Positions 55,452 through 63,700 of a DNA stretch of 64,000 nucleotides are shown here, in pieces. Position numbers and translations under genes: made by a program. The stretch lies in the IMG/VR virus record IMGVR_UViG_3300028549_000092, positions 1-64,000 of that record; one strand, given 5' to 3'. The first letter of the stretch is position 1. Every line of letters starts with the position of its first letter. The notes below the pieces were generated by a model. That model did not search any database, was not told the DNA's origin, and was given only the letters and a program-made list of their open reading frames with translations. Source of the DNA: a virus.

Positions 55452-55770
55452 AAAAATAATTGTTACGAACATAACCTCTGACCTTAGTAAGTCTCTTATA
55501 CTTAAACATACTCTTGTTAATATCGTCAAGCTTAAGTTTAAAAGGAGAACTATGTACTACAATACGATCTAAATTATCAAGTGTAAAGTACTTACGTTTA
55601 CCTTTTAGAGAGTGATCTTCGCTAGATAGTTCAAATTGACCACCTTGAATAAGATTAGCTACCATTCTAAATTCAACATAATCAATAACAGCGTCTGTTA
55701 AATGAATAGTAGGAACAGTCTTTGTTTTAGTTACGGTTTTAGTAACGATTCCAAACTTAAATTCGATCAT
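55426..55770 (-). CDS. Hypothetical protein (114 aa)
   Basis: ORF in the operon. Confidence 0.55.
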   Translation of the reverse strand: MIEFKFGIVTKTVTKTKTVPTIHLTDAVIDYVEFRMVANLIQGGQFELSSEDHSLKGKRKYFTLDNLDRIVVHSSPFKLKLDDINKSMFKYKRLTKVRGYVRNNYFYVTKIIND

Positions 55771-55848
55771 AGTTTGTGAACATTTTGTTAGTATTAGACG
55801 GCTTAAAGATAGTAAAAGTTTAGATAGTAAAGCTAGGTCTAAATAAAT

Positions 55849-55897
55849 AATCGGTTGAATTACGAAACCCGAATGAGTGTGCGTAGTTCAACCGATT
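55849..55897 (-). terminator. Long hairpin after gene 55972..56283
   Basis: aatcggttgaa...ttcaaccgatt with an inner tacg/cgta extension. Followed on the minus strand by atttattt. Confidence 0.55.
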
Positions 55898-55971
55898 ACT
55901 AGGATCAACCCTTAACCCTACTTATTCTTGTTATTCCAACCTTGCCCCGTTTCCGGTAGATTGTGCCGATT

Positions 55972-56283
55972 TTACATTACCATTAGACCTCTGCTTTTTT
56001 CATGCTTGCACACGTTCGCGTAGTAGCTTTCTGCTTCTACGAGTTGGATTGAGAAGCTTAGTTTCAGTAGTAAAACCTTCTCTTCCTCCGTTAACCTTGC
56101 CACTACCATCGGTATAGACTTAGTTCCATAGACTAGAATCACCATTCTACTACCTTTAAGACTATCTGCCAAAGCTTGCATTGTATTAGCAAGGTATTTA
56201 GCATAGAATAGTATTGAATCACCAAGATTTTTAAGATTGACATTGTTATCGATCTTATTTCTTATAATATAAACTTTATACAT
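55972..56283 (-). CDS. Hypothetical protein (103 aa)
   Basis: ORF whose 3' third is noticeably GC-richer. Followed by a long hairpin at 55849-55897. Confidence 0.5.
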   Translation of the reverse strand: MYKVYIIRNKIDNNVNLKNLGDSILFYAKYLANTMQALADSLKGSRMVILVYGTKSIPMVVARLTEEEKVLLLKLSFSIQLVEAESYYANVCKHEKSRGLMVM

Positions 56284-56375
56284 GTCAGTTTGTTTTAGAG
56301 TAACTTACCTACTAGCATTACTAGTTTCGCCTATACCTCATCAGGGTAATTTATGGCTAATAGCCAAATGTATAG

Positions 56376-56408
56376 GATTAAAAGAAATACCCGCTTTAAT
56401 ACGGGTAT
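56376..56408 (-). terminator. Terminator after gene 56413..56763
   Basis: atacccg-ctttaat-cgggtat, then on the minus strand ttctttt. Confidence 0.65.
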
Positions 56409-56412
56409 CTTA

Positions 56413-56763
56413 TTAAGAATCTTTAGAAATGTTACGAGCATATTCACCTTTGGGTTTATCGCAAGTATCTTTAAATTTACATTTAAGACATTTAGCGATA
56501 GCTTCATCAGAGAACTTATAATCTTTTTCATCTAAACTAGTTAGAGAGTTTAAGATTAACTCTAATAGACTACGTCTCATTTTAGTAAACACGGCAATAG
56601 TTTCTCGATTTATAACAACACTTTCACCTAGTATTCCAGCAGGTGTATCAACTTTATGTGTAACGATTATACCTAGAATATCATTGTCTACAAATTCGAC
56701 TTCAATGATTCTATTTTCATCTATTATACATATACCGTTTTCAGTCTTAGCGATTGTAGTCAT
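56413..56763 (-). CDS. Hypothetical protein (116 aa)
   Basis: ORF with a C-terminal CLKCKFKDTCDKPKG. Terminator at 56376-56408. Confidence 0.6.
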   Translation of the reverse strand: MTTIAKTENGICIIDENRIIEVEFVDNDILGIIVTHKVDTPAGILGESVVINRETIAVFTKMRRSLLELILNSLTSLDEKDYKFSDEAIAKCLKCKFKDTCDKPKGEYARNISKDS

Positions 56764-56769
56764 AGTCTT

Positions 56770-56985
56770 TTATTTTTGAGTAAGTCTCGAATAGACTTTA
56801 TGAACTATTATAGACACTACGATAGCTACAACAAAAAGATAAAAGGTATTGGCTGTAGTATGATTACCTCTAACAGTTAAGTCTTCTGAAAAGTCTGTGT
56901 ATAACATGAACGATAATATGGTTAGAATTAAACCCATTATTATCATTAACATTGTAAATACTATTGTACATATATTCTTTAACAT
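56770..56985 (-). CDS. Small membrane protein (71 aa, two predicted TM helices)
   Basis: Contains IVFTMLMIIMGLILTILSFML and FYLFVVAIVVSIIV. Confidence 0.55.
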   Translation of the reverse strand: MLKNICTIVFTMLMIIMGLILTILSFMLYTDFSEDLTVRGNHTTANTFYLFVVAIVVSIIVHKVYSRLTQK

Positions 56986-57014
56986 GATTAAGTTGTTGAT
57001 TGGGTTTATAAGTA

Positions 57015-57095
57015 GTCAAAAACGTAGTATTACCTAACCGTCTGAGTTAAGGTCGGTCATTAGGGTTGCTACGTTTTCGACAAGTATTTTTTAAA
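57015..57095. terminator. Long imperfect hairpin whose T-run is on the + strand side
   Basis: gtcaaaaacgtag...ctacgttttcgac followed on the plus strand by aagtatttttt. On the minus strand only an A-tract precedes it. Confidence 0.4.
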
Positions 57096-57097
57096 GG

Positions 57098-57403
57098 TTA
57101 TATACCTAAGATTACACCAGTGGCAACATCTTTAAGATAGTATATACCATTAGGGTCTTTTAGCCTTCGTTCTGCTAGAACTTCTTTAGCCTTATATAGA
57201 GTAGCTCTAATAGAACTATCGAATTTACCTTGTTCACAAATAACATCGCATGTGGATTTAGTAGGACTATCTACATCTAGTACTCTAGTACCCTTTTCAA
57301 TCGAATCATTCATAGAATCAATGTGTTTAATATGGTTAAAACTAAGCCGATAGAATATGGTATTATCATGTGCATCTAGGGTTTTAGAATCATGAGTTGC
57401 CAT
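57098..57403 (-). CDS. Hypothetical protein (101 aa)
   Basis: ORF in the small-gene array. Confidence 0.6.
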   Translation of the reverse strand: MATHDSKTLDAHDNTIFYRLSFNHIKHIDSMNDSIEKGTRVLDVDSPTKSTCDVICEQGKFDSSIRATLYKAKEVLAERRLKDPNGIYYLKDVATGVILGI

Positions 57404-57421
57404 AGTTCTATCGGTTGTATC

Positions 57422-57724
57422 TTAATACTTGTTGAGATTTTGTTCTTTCATATTAATAAACTTAACCACTATATCAGTGCCATTAAGTTTAACAATATAA
57501 ATGTAACGAGATGTTTGCTCAGTAATGATAAGACATGTAGCAGACAGACGTTTACTCCTACCATATAGATAATCAGTAATGCCTAATTTGTCATTTACAA
57601 TACTACAATAAATAAGAGCTTCTACGATTTTAGTTCTATTGTAAATAAACTTATCGTTTTCATCCCAAGCATTAATATCGTTATGCTCTAAAGGGAATAT
57701 AAATTTCTGAATATTGTTGTCCAT
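57422..57724 (-). CDS. Hypothetical protein (100 aa)
   Basis: ORF in the small-gene array. Confidence 0.6.
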   Translation of the reverse strand: MDNNIQKFIFPLEHNDINAWDENDKFIYNRTKIVEALIYCSIVNDKLGITDYLYGRSKRLSATCLIITEQTSRYIYIVKLNGTDIVVKFINMKEQNLNKY

Positions 57725-57736
57725 AATTGTAGTAGT

Positions 57737-58087
57737 TTAAATAGCCTTCCAATAATTGTTATCTTTAGGCGCATTACGATTGTAAAGATTACTCCATTCT
57801 TTAGAAATATCTTTATCAAACGTAATCAGATTGTAACAAACATACAGATCAGGTTCAATGTTATCAGTACTTCTACTAACAGCAATGTTATGCATGAGTA
57901 GGTGAGTTTGGAAAACTCTTTCATCATGAATGAACATGAAATTACCATTGCCACCTACAGCTATAATGTTAGCGGTTCCAACAATAGGTTCAATATGAAA
58001 TACAGATCTAGCTACTTCATCTATGTAAAGATTGTTACCATGTACACTAGTAGTAGTGAAATGATCTTTCTTTGGTTTATCGTTCAT
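57737..58087 (-). CDS. Hypothetical protein (116 aa)
   Basis: ORF in the small-gene array. Confidence 0.6.
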   Translation of the reverse strand: MNDKPKKDHFTTTSVHGNNLYIDEVARSVFHIEPIVGTANIIAVGGNGNFMFIHDERVFQTHLLMHNIAVSRSTDNIEPDLYVCYNLITFDKDISKEWSNLYNRNAPKDNNYWKAI

Positions 58088-58099
58088 GGTTAGTTTAGT

Positions 58100-58504
58100 T
58101 TAATGAGGCATTATACAAAATGTGTCTGGATCAAATCCATCAGGATGATCTAAATGATAGTTAAGATCACTATAGAAATCAATCTCAACTTGTTCATTAG
58201 CATCTCTACGTTCTCTATCAGTGAGTGTAGGACTATTATCGGGTATGTCAGGTAGAACGCATCCATCTTTAAATTGAATATTAGTACCTCTAATCTTCAT
58301 ACTAGTATAATCAAGAAATGCGGGTCTAGCTTTACCAGAATTAATAATTACATTAACTCTACCATGTTCACAGTAAGATGTAATTATTTCACTAGCGATA
58401 CCTTTATTAATATTGTCAATTACAAATTGTATATCATATACTCTTTGATATTCTTCAATACGAAGTAGTTGCTTAAGTGTAGCAGGTTCATCTTTCCAAT
58501 CCAT
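58100..58504 (-). CDS. Hypothetical protein (134 aa)
   Basis: ORF in the small-gene array. Confidence 0.6.
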   Translation of the reverse strand: MDWKDEPATLKQLLRIEEYQRVYDIQFVIDNINKGIASEIITSYCEHGRVNVIINSGKARPAFLDYTSMKIRGTNIQFKDGCVLPDIPDNSPTLTDRERRDANEQVEIDFYSDLNYHLDHPDGFDPDTFCIMPH

Positions 58505-58519
58505 AATAGTAATTGTTAG

Positions 58520-58621
58520 TTAAGGTTGAGCTGCATCATGTATTTCAACATGAGCACTAGCCCTTCTATTCTTCTTAGTTTTAATTCCCGAACGTTTAAG
58601 GAGTATAGGATCGGCTACCAT
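58520..58621 (-). CDS. Possible small basic peptide (33 aa), not in ORF track
   Basis: Hand translation: MVADPILLKRSGIKTKKNRRASAHVEIHDAAQP. The ATG lies in one arm of a 10-bp inverted repeat (ATCGGCTACC / GGTAGCCGAT). Confidence 0.25.
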   Translation of the reverse strand: MVADPILLKRSGIKTKKNRRASAHVEIHDAAQP

Positions 58622-58711
58622 ATTAAAGGTATCTTGATTACATTCTAGTTTTCCGGTTAGAGTATAATCAACAGTAATAGGTAGCCGATTAATTAGTATA
58701 GCGATAAGAGT

Positions 58712-59017
58712 TTAAAATTTAACATCGTTAGCTAGAACAGGATAAACACTACTAATCATCTTACAATTGTAACCTTTAACATCAGCTTCAAAATAGAAAC
58801 CTACATTAATAGTTTCATTAGTAATGACATCTTGTACCATTACGGTAAACACAGATAATAGTCTATTGTTAATCTTGTTAACTCTAGTCGGATGAAATGG
58901 TATCCAAGCATTGCTTAAACATTTGTAACGTCTAGCATCTATAATAGGATAGAACTTAGCAATCAAATCTTGAGTAATACTATCGTGTTCTTTAATGTCC
59001 AGTTTGAAAAATTCCAT
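58712..59017 (-). CDS. Hypothetical protein (101 aa)
   Basis: ORF in the small-gene array. Confidence 0.6.
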   Translation of the reverse strand: MEFFKLDIKEHDSITQDLIAKFYPIIDARRYKCLSNAWIPFHPTRVNKINNRLLSVFTVMVQDVITNETINVGFYFEADVKGYNCKMISSVYPVLANDVKF

Positions 59018-59095
59018 TATGGTATTAGTTTAAAGTTTAGTAAAGTAATTTCCCACGTCGTCACGACATTGAACATTATTAAATCAAGTAACACA

Positions 59096-59275
59096 TCAAT
59101 TCAAAATTAGACTATCACTATCATCTACGCCACCGGTAAATCTATTGGCTTTAAGGAAATAATTAACAGACATTCGCTCAGACAAAATATTAGTTTGATT
59201 AACTGTAGATTGAATATCAGTAAGGTCAATATCATCTCGACAATAGCCTTACTTACAATCAGTAAAATTAACCAT
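59096..59275 (-). pseudogene. Possible disrupted member of the small paralog family (in-frame TAA at codon 9)
   Basis: Hand translation: MVNFTDCK*GYCRDDIDLTDIQSTVNQTNILSERMSVNYFLKANRFTGGVDDSDSLILN. DLTDIQ resembles the family motif (L/F)(T/S)DxQ(I/V). Confidence 0.3.
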
Positions 59276-59281
59276 GCTTCT

Positions 59282-59521
59282 TTAACCTTCGATAAGCTCT
59301 TCGGGAAGATTTTCAATAAAATCACTTCTGGTACTTTCAATACGCTTAGTTGTTATCATTCTTGCTAAATGAGCTGGAATAGCTTTTAGAATCATAGTTT
59401 TACCATTATTAATAGTTTCAACAAATGGTGTACTAAGAAGTATTATGCCCATATCAACATTACCTTTAAGATCAGCAATTTGATCTTCTGTAAATTCAAT
59501 ACTGACAATCATTTTAATCAT
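59282..59521 (-). CDS. Small paralog-family protein (79 aa)
   Basis: The N-terminus MIKMIVSIEFTEDQIADL carries the family motif. Confidence 0.6.
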   Translation of the reverse strand: MIKMIVSIEFTEDQIADLKGNVDMGIILLSTPFVETINNGKTMILKAIPAHLARMITTKRIESTRSDFIENLPEELIEG

Positions 59522-59539
59522 ATCAATTGGATTAAGGGT

Positions 59540-59941
59540 TTACAGATTAGTAGGATCAGAAGATTGAAGATCATCTTCAGCAAGATTACTAGTGCGTTTA
59601 AGCATTTCATTCATCATATGTAATTTTTCTACAGGATCGGGATGTTGAAGAGAATCTTCGAGGTGTTTAAGTTTAAAATCCATTTGATCTTTAGACTCAT
59701 GAAACCTTCTAGCAGCTGCTTCACCAAGAGTATCTTCAAATCTCTTAGGGATTCTAGGTTCTAATTCAGAAGGTGCAGTAACACTATTATCTTTGAAGTT
59801 TTTAAGTTCTTCCATAAGATCATCATCGAGAACCTTTAAGATTGCTTCTTCAAGTTCATCATTAGATTCATTAATGCTAATAGCTTTTAAGATTTTATCT
59901 TCAAGTTTTTTATCAACAACAACTTCTTTAGCTTTAACCAT
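59540..59941 (-). CDS. Hypothetical acidic helical protein (133 aa)
   Basis: ORF rich in Glu, Asp, Lys and Leu. Confidence 0.6.
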   Translation of the reverse strand: MVKAKEVVVDKKLEDKILKAISINESNDELEEAILKVLDDDLMEELKNFKDNSVTAPSELEPRIPKRFEDTLGEAAARRFHESKDQMDFKLKHLEDSLQHPDPVEKLHMMNEMLKRTSNLAEDDLQSSDPTNL

Positions 59942-60028
59942 ATCTGCAAATAGATTTAGAAGTTTATCTTCAATACTTTATCTGGAGTATAGTTAGGAGG
60001 TGTTACTGGAACAAGTTGAAAATCGTTA

Positions 60029-60184
60029 TCAATATTGACCTTTGTAAAAAGCATTGGATTTACCATTAGCTGTAATATTACTAGCTATAGTTACACTATT
60101 AATGATAATATTACTATTGACGTTACTGTTTATAAGCTTAATCTGTTCATCAGTAAGATTTAGTTTTAATATAATACTGGTCAT
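60029..60184 (-). CDS. Small paralog-family protein (51 aa), not in ORF track
   Basis: Hand translation: MTSIILKLNLTDEQIKLINSNVNSNIIINSVTIASNITANGKSNAFYKGQY. Confidence 0.45.
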   Translation of the reverse strand: MTSIILKLNLTDEQIKLINSNVNSNIIINSVTIASNITANGKSNAFYKGQY

Positions 60185-60196
60185 AGTCGTAAGAGT

Positions 60197-60571
60197 TTAA
60201 AGTTTAATACCTAAATGTTTAGCAAACCAAGCCTTGTATCTATTACTATCAACATCAGCTTCTGATCCTGGTTCAGGTTCATCTGAATTACCGCTATAAC
60301 CGGTTTGAATAAGACAACCACTAACTTTATCTGTAATAATCTTGCGATGTTTACTATTGTAATCAGCAAAAGCTTTTCTAAATTCAGTATGTTCAGGCTC
60401 TGGAAGCTTATCATTAATAGGTATAACCTCCACATTAATTGTAGATCTATACTTATTATTAATAGCCTTTTTTAGAAACTCACCTTCAATAATAACTTTA
60501 CATGTGGAATTATTGTTTAAAAGTTCAATTTGCCAATCAGCAAGTTCAATATTAAGTTTAAGAGTAGTCAT
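60197..60571 (-). CDS. Small paralog-family protein (124 aa)
   Basis: N-terminus MTTLKLNIELADWQIELL. A conserved 44-nt leader lies upstream. Confidence 0.65.
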   Translation of the reverse strand: MTTLKLNIELADWQIELLNNNSTCKVIIEGEFLKKAINNKYRSTINVEVIPINDKLPEPEHTEFRKAFADYNSKHRKIITDKVSGCLIQTGYSGNSDEPEPGSEADVDSNRYKAWFAKHLGIKL

Positions 60572-60615
60572 GATAACAAGTGTTAGATTGTTGGTAACAT
60601 TGAGATTAAGAGTTT
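60572..60615 (-). promoter_or_regulatory. Conserved about 44-nt leader upstream of paralog gene 60197..60571
   Basis: Plus strand gataacaagtgttagattgttggtaacattgagattaagagttt. Near-identical to 60971-61013. Confidence 0.6.
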
Positions 60616-60970
60616 AAGTGTTTGGATCAGGTTTAGTAAACTTACCTGAACTATCTTTAGCTTTATTGATTATGACATTGCCGTGTTTATCTTTAAAAAC
60701 CTTTGCAGTACTAACTGTCGGATAAAGACTTTTCATTTGTTCTATAACCGTCGCCATATCAAGGTTAGCAACGATATTTATGCGTTTATCTTCAACCGGA
60801 TTAGTTTTATCAACAACATCTATATTTCTACCAATGTCTGTAACTAAATCAGGTCTAAGTAAAGACAATCTAATTACATTAGCATCAATAGTAATTACAT
60901 TATTGTCTGTCTTTGTCAAAAGTTCAACTTGTGCATCACTAAGTTGAAACATTATAGAAACATTTCTCAT
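60614..60970 (-). CDS. Small paralog-family protein (118 aa)
   Basis: N-terminus MRNVSIMFQLSDAQVELL. A conserved 44-nt leader lies upstream. Confidence 0.65.
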   Translation of the reverse strand: MRNVSIMFQLSDAQVELLTKTDNNVITIDANVIRLSLLRPDLVTDIGRNIDVVDKTNPVEDKRINIVANLDMATVIEQMKSLYPTVSTAKVFKDKHGNVIINKAKDSSGKFTKPDPNT

Positions 60971-61013
60971 AATTATAAGAGTTAGATTGTTATTAACATT
61001 GAGATTAAGGTTT
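60971..61013 (-). promoter_or_regulatory. Conserved about 44-nt leader upstream of paralog gene 60614..60970
   Basis: Plus strand aattataagagttagattgttattaacattgagattaaggttt. Confidence 0.6.
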
Positions 61014-61381
61014 CAATGATCTTATTAGTAATAGGCTTAGATAGAGCTTTAGTAATAGATCTAGCAAGACTAATAATAACAAGGTGGCAAAGATCAACCT
61101 AATCTCTTACTAAAAGTTGGACTTTTTATACCCCTACTCGATCTCAAATTGTAGGTAAACCTATAGCCAATAAAGATTTTTAGGGGGTTTTAGAACAGTA
61201 AGAGGAACAAGTTTCATAGATTTTCACGGCAAAGATATAGATTGTTCAGGGGAATTGCAAGAAGTGGATGAATAATTGCTATAATAGGAAGAGAAGTATG
61301 AGATGGAAGGAGAAGAGGATGAGTAGTCGGAAGTGGGATGTTCCTACCTGCAACTCTACACCTCTTCTCATTCTCAATTTC

Positions 61382-61693
61382 TTAACCAATAGCTTCACAA
61401 TCAGTCTTTATTTCACCTCTAGCGGTCACTAAAACTTGCACTTTACTAGAAGTTCTATTAACCCCGTTAATCATAGTTACCACACTAATAGTCTTATTAA
61501 TAGTAACCTCTATAACCTTACCTTTGAAGATCATAGTGTTAACTTTATTCAGATGTAGCTGTGTGTCACTAGTTTGAATCTCCAATTCATCATCAACTTT
61601 AAGATCTAAAGCGTCTGGATCGTCAATCATATGAGCAGTCTTTATGTCATCAGAGCCATAAAGTAGGTAATTTACCATAACAATCTTATTCAT
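61382..61693 (-). CDS. Hypothetical protein (103 aa)
   Basis: ORF in the small-gene array. Confidence 0.6.
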   Translation of the reverse strand: MNKIVMVNYLLYGSDDIKTAHMIDDPDALDLKVDDELEIQTSDTQLHLNKVNTMIFKGKVIEVTINKTISVVTMINGVNRTSSKVQVLVTARGEIKTDCEAIG

Positions 61694-61705
61694 AACTCTA
61701 CTTGT

Positions 61706-61984
61706 TTAAAGATTAACGAAATGACCATGACTAAGAATGCTCTTATAAACACTAGTATGATGTCCAAAGTTAGTTTTAACTTCATCTACAACCTTTTCAA
61801 CACTAGTAACATGACCTTTATACTCAAAGCCTGCAATAGTGTTGTCTTTAGACCTAGTCTGCGTAATATAGACTGGATCACCATTTTCAATAGGTTTAGT
61901 CCAATCACTAGTAACACTGTCAATTGTAATATCAACGTCTACATGAGCGTTAGTATCACCAATAAGTTTAAACTTTAAAATCAT
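61706..61984 (-). CDS. Hypothetical protein (92 aa)
   Basis: ORF in the small-gene array. Confidence 0.6.
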   Translation of the reverse strand: MILKFKLIGDTNAHVDVDITIDSVTSDWTKPIENGDPVYITQTRSKDNTIAGFEYKGHVTSVEKVVDEVKTNFGHHTSVYKSILSHGHFVNL

Positions 61985-61995
61985 AACTGTAAGAG

Positions 61996-62259
61996 TTAAA
62001 TGTTGAGTGTATTTGTCACAGGTTTTTCATAGTTCTTTACTAAGAGTTTGAAGATTACTGCAACTGATACAAGCATCATTATAAAAGCTACTTGGAGTAG
62101 ACTCTTGTTGATTAAAGCTTGTAGTTCTTCATTGAATGCTATTAATGACAACATCAGTAATATTGTAATTGCTAATGTGTTTAGTAGCCTTGATTGTACC
62201 TTAGACTTGCGCTGAATGGTCATTGGTGGAAAGTATTGTGTAATATAGATTTGTATCAA
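61996..62259 (-). CDS. Small membrane protein (87 aa; alternative ATG at 62223)
   Basis: Two hydrophobic helices, LNTLAITILLMLSLIAF and VAFIMMLVSVAVIFKLLV. Confidence 0.55.
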   Translation of the reverse strand: MIQIYITQYFPPMTIQRKSKVQSRLLNTLAITILLMLSLIAFNEELQALINKSLLQVAFIMMLVSVAVIFKLLVKNYEKPVTNTLNI

Positions 62260-62286
62260 TTAAAGGATGAGCCTTTCGGCTATTCC

Positions 62287-62493
62287 TTATTGACATTTGT
62301 TTTCGATCTTGATTGTTATCCATACCCAAGAGGCTGCGAGTAACTCAACAACACCTACTAGATAGATTGCAACATCTTTACCAACTAAGGTCTTTAGTTC
62401 GCTAAAGTTTAATAACATTAGTATCATTATTACTAATAATACTAGTAACACAGGAAAACCTAACCTTTTATTTTCAAACATGATTGACAACAT
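62287..62493 (-). CDS. Small membrane protein (68 aa from ATG 62493)
   Basis: The track start at 62517 lies in hairpin 62504-62522. Helices are GFPVLLVLLVIMILMLL and AIYLVGVVELLAASWVWI. Confidence 0.5.
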   Translation of the reverse strand: MLSIMFENKRLGFPVLLVLLVIMILMLLNFSELKTLVGKDVAIYLVGVVELLAASWVWITIKIENKCQ

Positions 62494-62503
62494 CAACAGG
62501 TTA

Positions 62504-62522
62504 AAGGGGAATTTCACCCCTT
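62504..62522 (-). terminator. Small hairpin after gene 62549..
   Basis: aagggg-aatttca-cccctt. The T-tail is weak. Confidence 0.35.
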
Positions 62523-62548
62523 CAATTCTTATCTACAATAAGGGCAAG

Positions 62549-63208
62549 TTAGTTAGCAGGTTCGTAGCCAACTGGAAGTTCAAAGGCTTTAGCAAAACCA
62601 GTTTCAGTTTTATATAGCTCACCTTCAATGAGCAAAGCACGAGCCGTAGCCATTGGCATAAAATCGGCGCTAGTAGCAACGATCTTAATAACACCTTCAC
62701 TTGGATCGATAAACCTTGCGCCAGTCATTCCAGGGACATAATCCATAAGATAAGAATGGCTAACAGGCACAAAATTAGCTAGGTTAACCATAACAATAGA
62801 CCCAATTTCTTTGTCTGTTTGGCTAACAAGTCTAGCAGTTCTTAACTGTTTCATTTCCTCACCAAGCGCATTAATAGTCTTAACACGATACTGAAGTTTA
62901 ACCTTAAAGGTACTTTCCGAACCAGTGTAAGCATTACCTTTGGTTTCTCTACTTTCAAGAACAACAGCAACCATGTCAGTCTTTAGAACTTTAACACCTT
63001 TGGTTATAGCATTAAAGTATGCACGAGTACCAATTTCCAAACCTGTAACATCGTTAACAATTGGATCATTAGATGCTGCTGGTGTTGGATCAACATCGTT
63101 AACAATTGGATCAACATTGTTTACACCTGTTACAGTCTCAACATTACCAGTTAAACCGTTTTCAATAACATCTCCAACTTGTGGAGCGTTTGCGCCTTCT
63201 TTAGCCAT
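62549..63208 (-). CDS. Hypothetical protein (219 aa from ATG 63208; track ORF extends to 63484)
   Basis: MAKEGANAPQVGD... contains an internal repeat DPIVNDV x2. The upstream extension is low-complexity AT-rich sequence. Confidence 0.6.
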   Translation of the reverse strand: MAKEGANAPQVGDVIENGLTGNVETVTGVNNVDPIVNDVDPTPAASNDPIVNDVTGLEIGTRAYFNAITKGVKVLKTDMVAVVLESRETKGNAYTGSESTFKVKLQYRVKTINALGEEMKQLRTARLVSQTDKEIGSIVMVNLANFVPVSHSYLMDYVPGMTGARFIDPSEGVIKIVATSADFMPMATARALLIEGELYKTETGFAKAFELPVGYEPAN

Positions 63209-63551
63209 TTCTTTTGTTTTTAGAGTTCGATTAATTCTAAGTTGAATATCCAAATTAAATGTAATGGGGGTATTCAATCTATCAACATAAGGTAGGGGGT
63301 TATGGTCAGCTGGTTCACGATCACCTTTACCGACTATTAAAATTTTTATTATTTTAATTTTCATCTTAACTTTGATCATCAATACTTCTAAACCATCATT
63401 CTCCAAGATCATTACAATCTCATCCATCTTCACAACATCTATATTAATCATTACAATCATTACAAAATCACCTTTGCTGAACATCTATATTAGATATTTA
63501 ATCATTGATAATAGCATTATGATTAACAGTTATCTATATTTCACCAGTGGT

Positions 63552-63689
63552 TTAAAGATCATCTTCAACTCTATAATCATCTACATTAGAAGCTTTAACA
63601 GTCTTATGATAATCAGTAAAATCATTAGTTAGCAAATTAACAGTAATTAGAGGTTTATCTATTAGATAATTAGCGCTAACAAGTTCCAT
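63552..63689 (-). CDS. Possible small protein (45 aa), not in ORF track
   Basis: Hand translation: MELVSANYLIDKPLITVNLLTNDFTDYHKTVKASNVDDYRVEDDL. Starts 12 nt after the upstream stop. Confidence 0.35.
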   Translation of the reverse strand: MELVSANYLIDKPLITVNLLTNDFTDYHKTVKASNVDDYRVEDDL

Positions 63690-63700
63690 TATATAATTAG

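Noticed and set aside
55426-55529. Programmed frameshift joining the overlapping ORFs 55426..55770 and 55086..55529.
   Set aside because: Moving from the upstream frame to the downstream frame needs a +1 (or -2) shift. I see no canonical slippery heptamer or stimulatory structure. An internal ATG at 55451 or 55472 explains the downstream ORF.
59125-59340. 71-aa track ORF as a membrane protein gene.
   Set aside because: It overlaps the upstream gene by 59 nt, is almost entirely Leu/Ile/Lys, and competes with a more protein-like frame. It is left uncalled.
63209-63484. N-terminal 92 codons of track ORF 62549..63484.
   Set aside because: Low-complexity translation of AT-rich repeats. A good ATG at 63208 begins the protein-like part. 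The longer form cannot be excluded.
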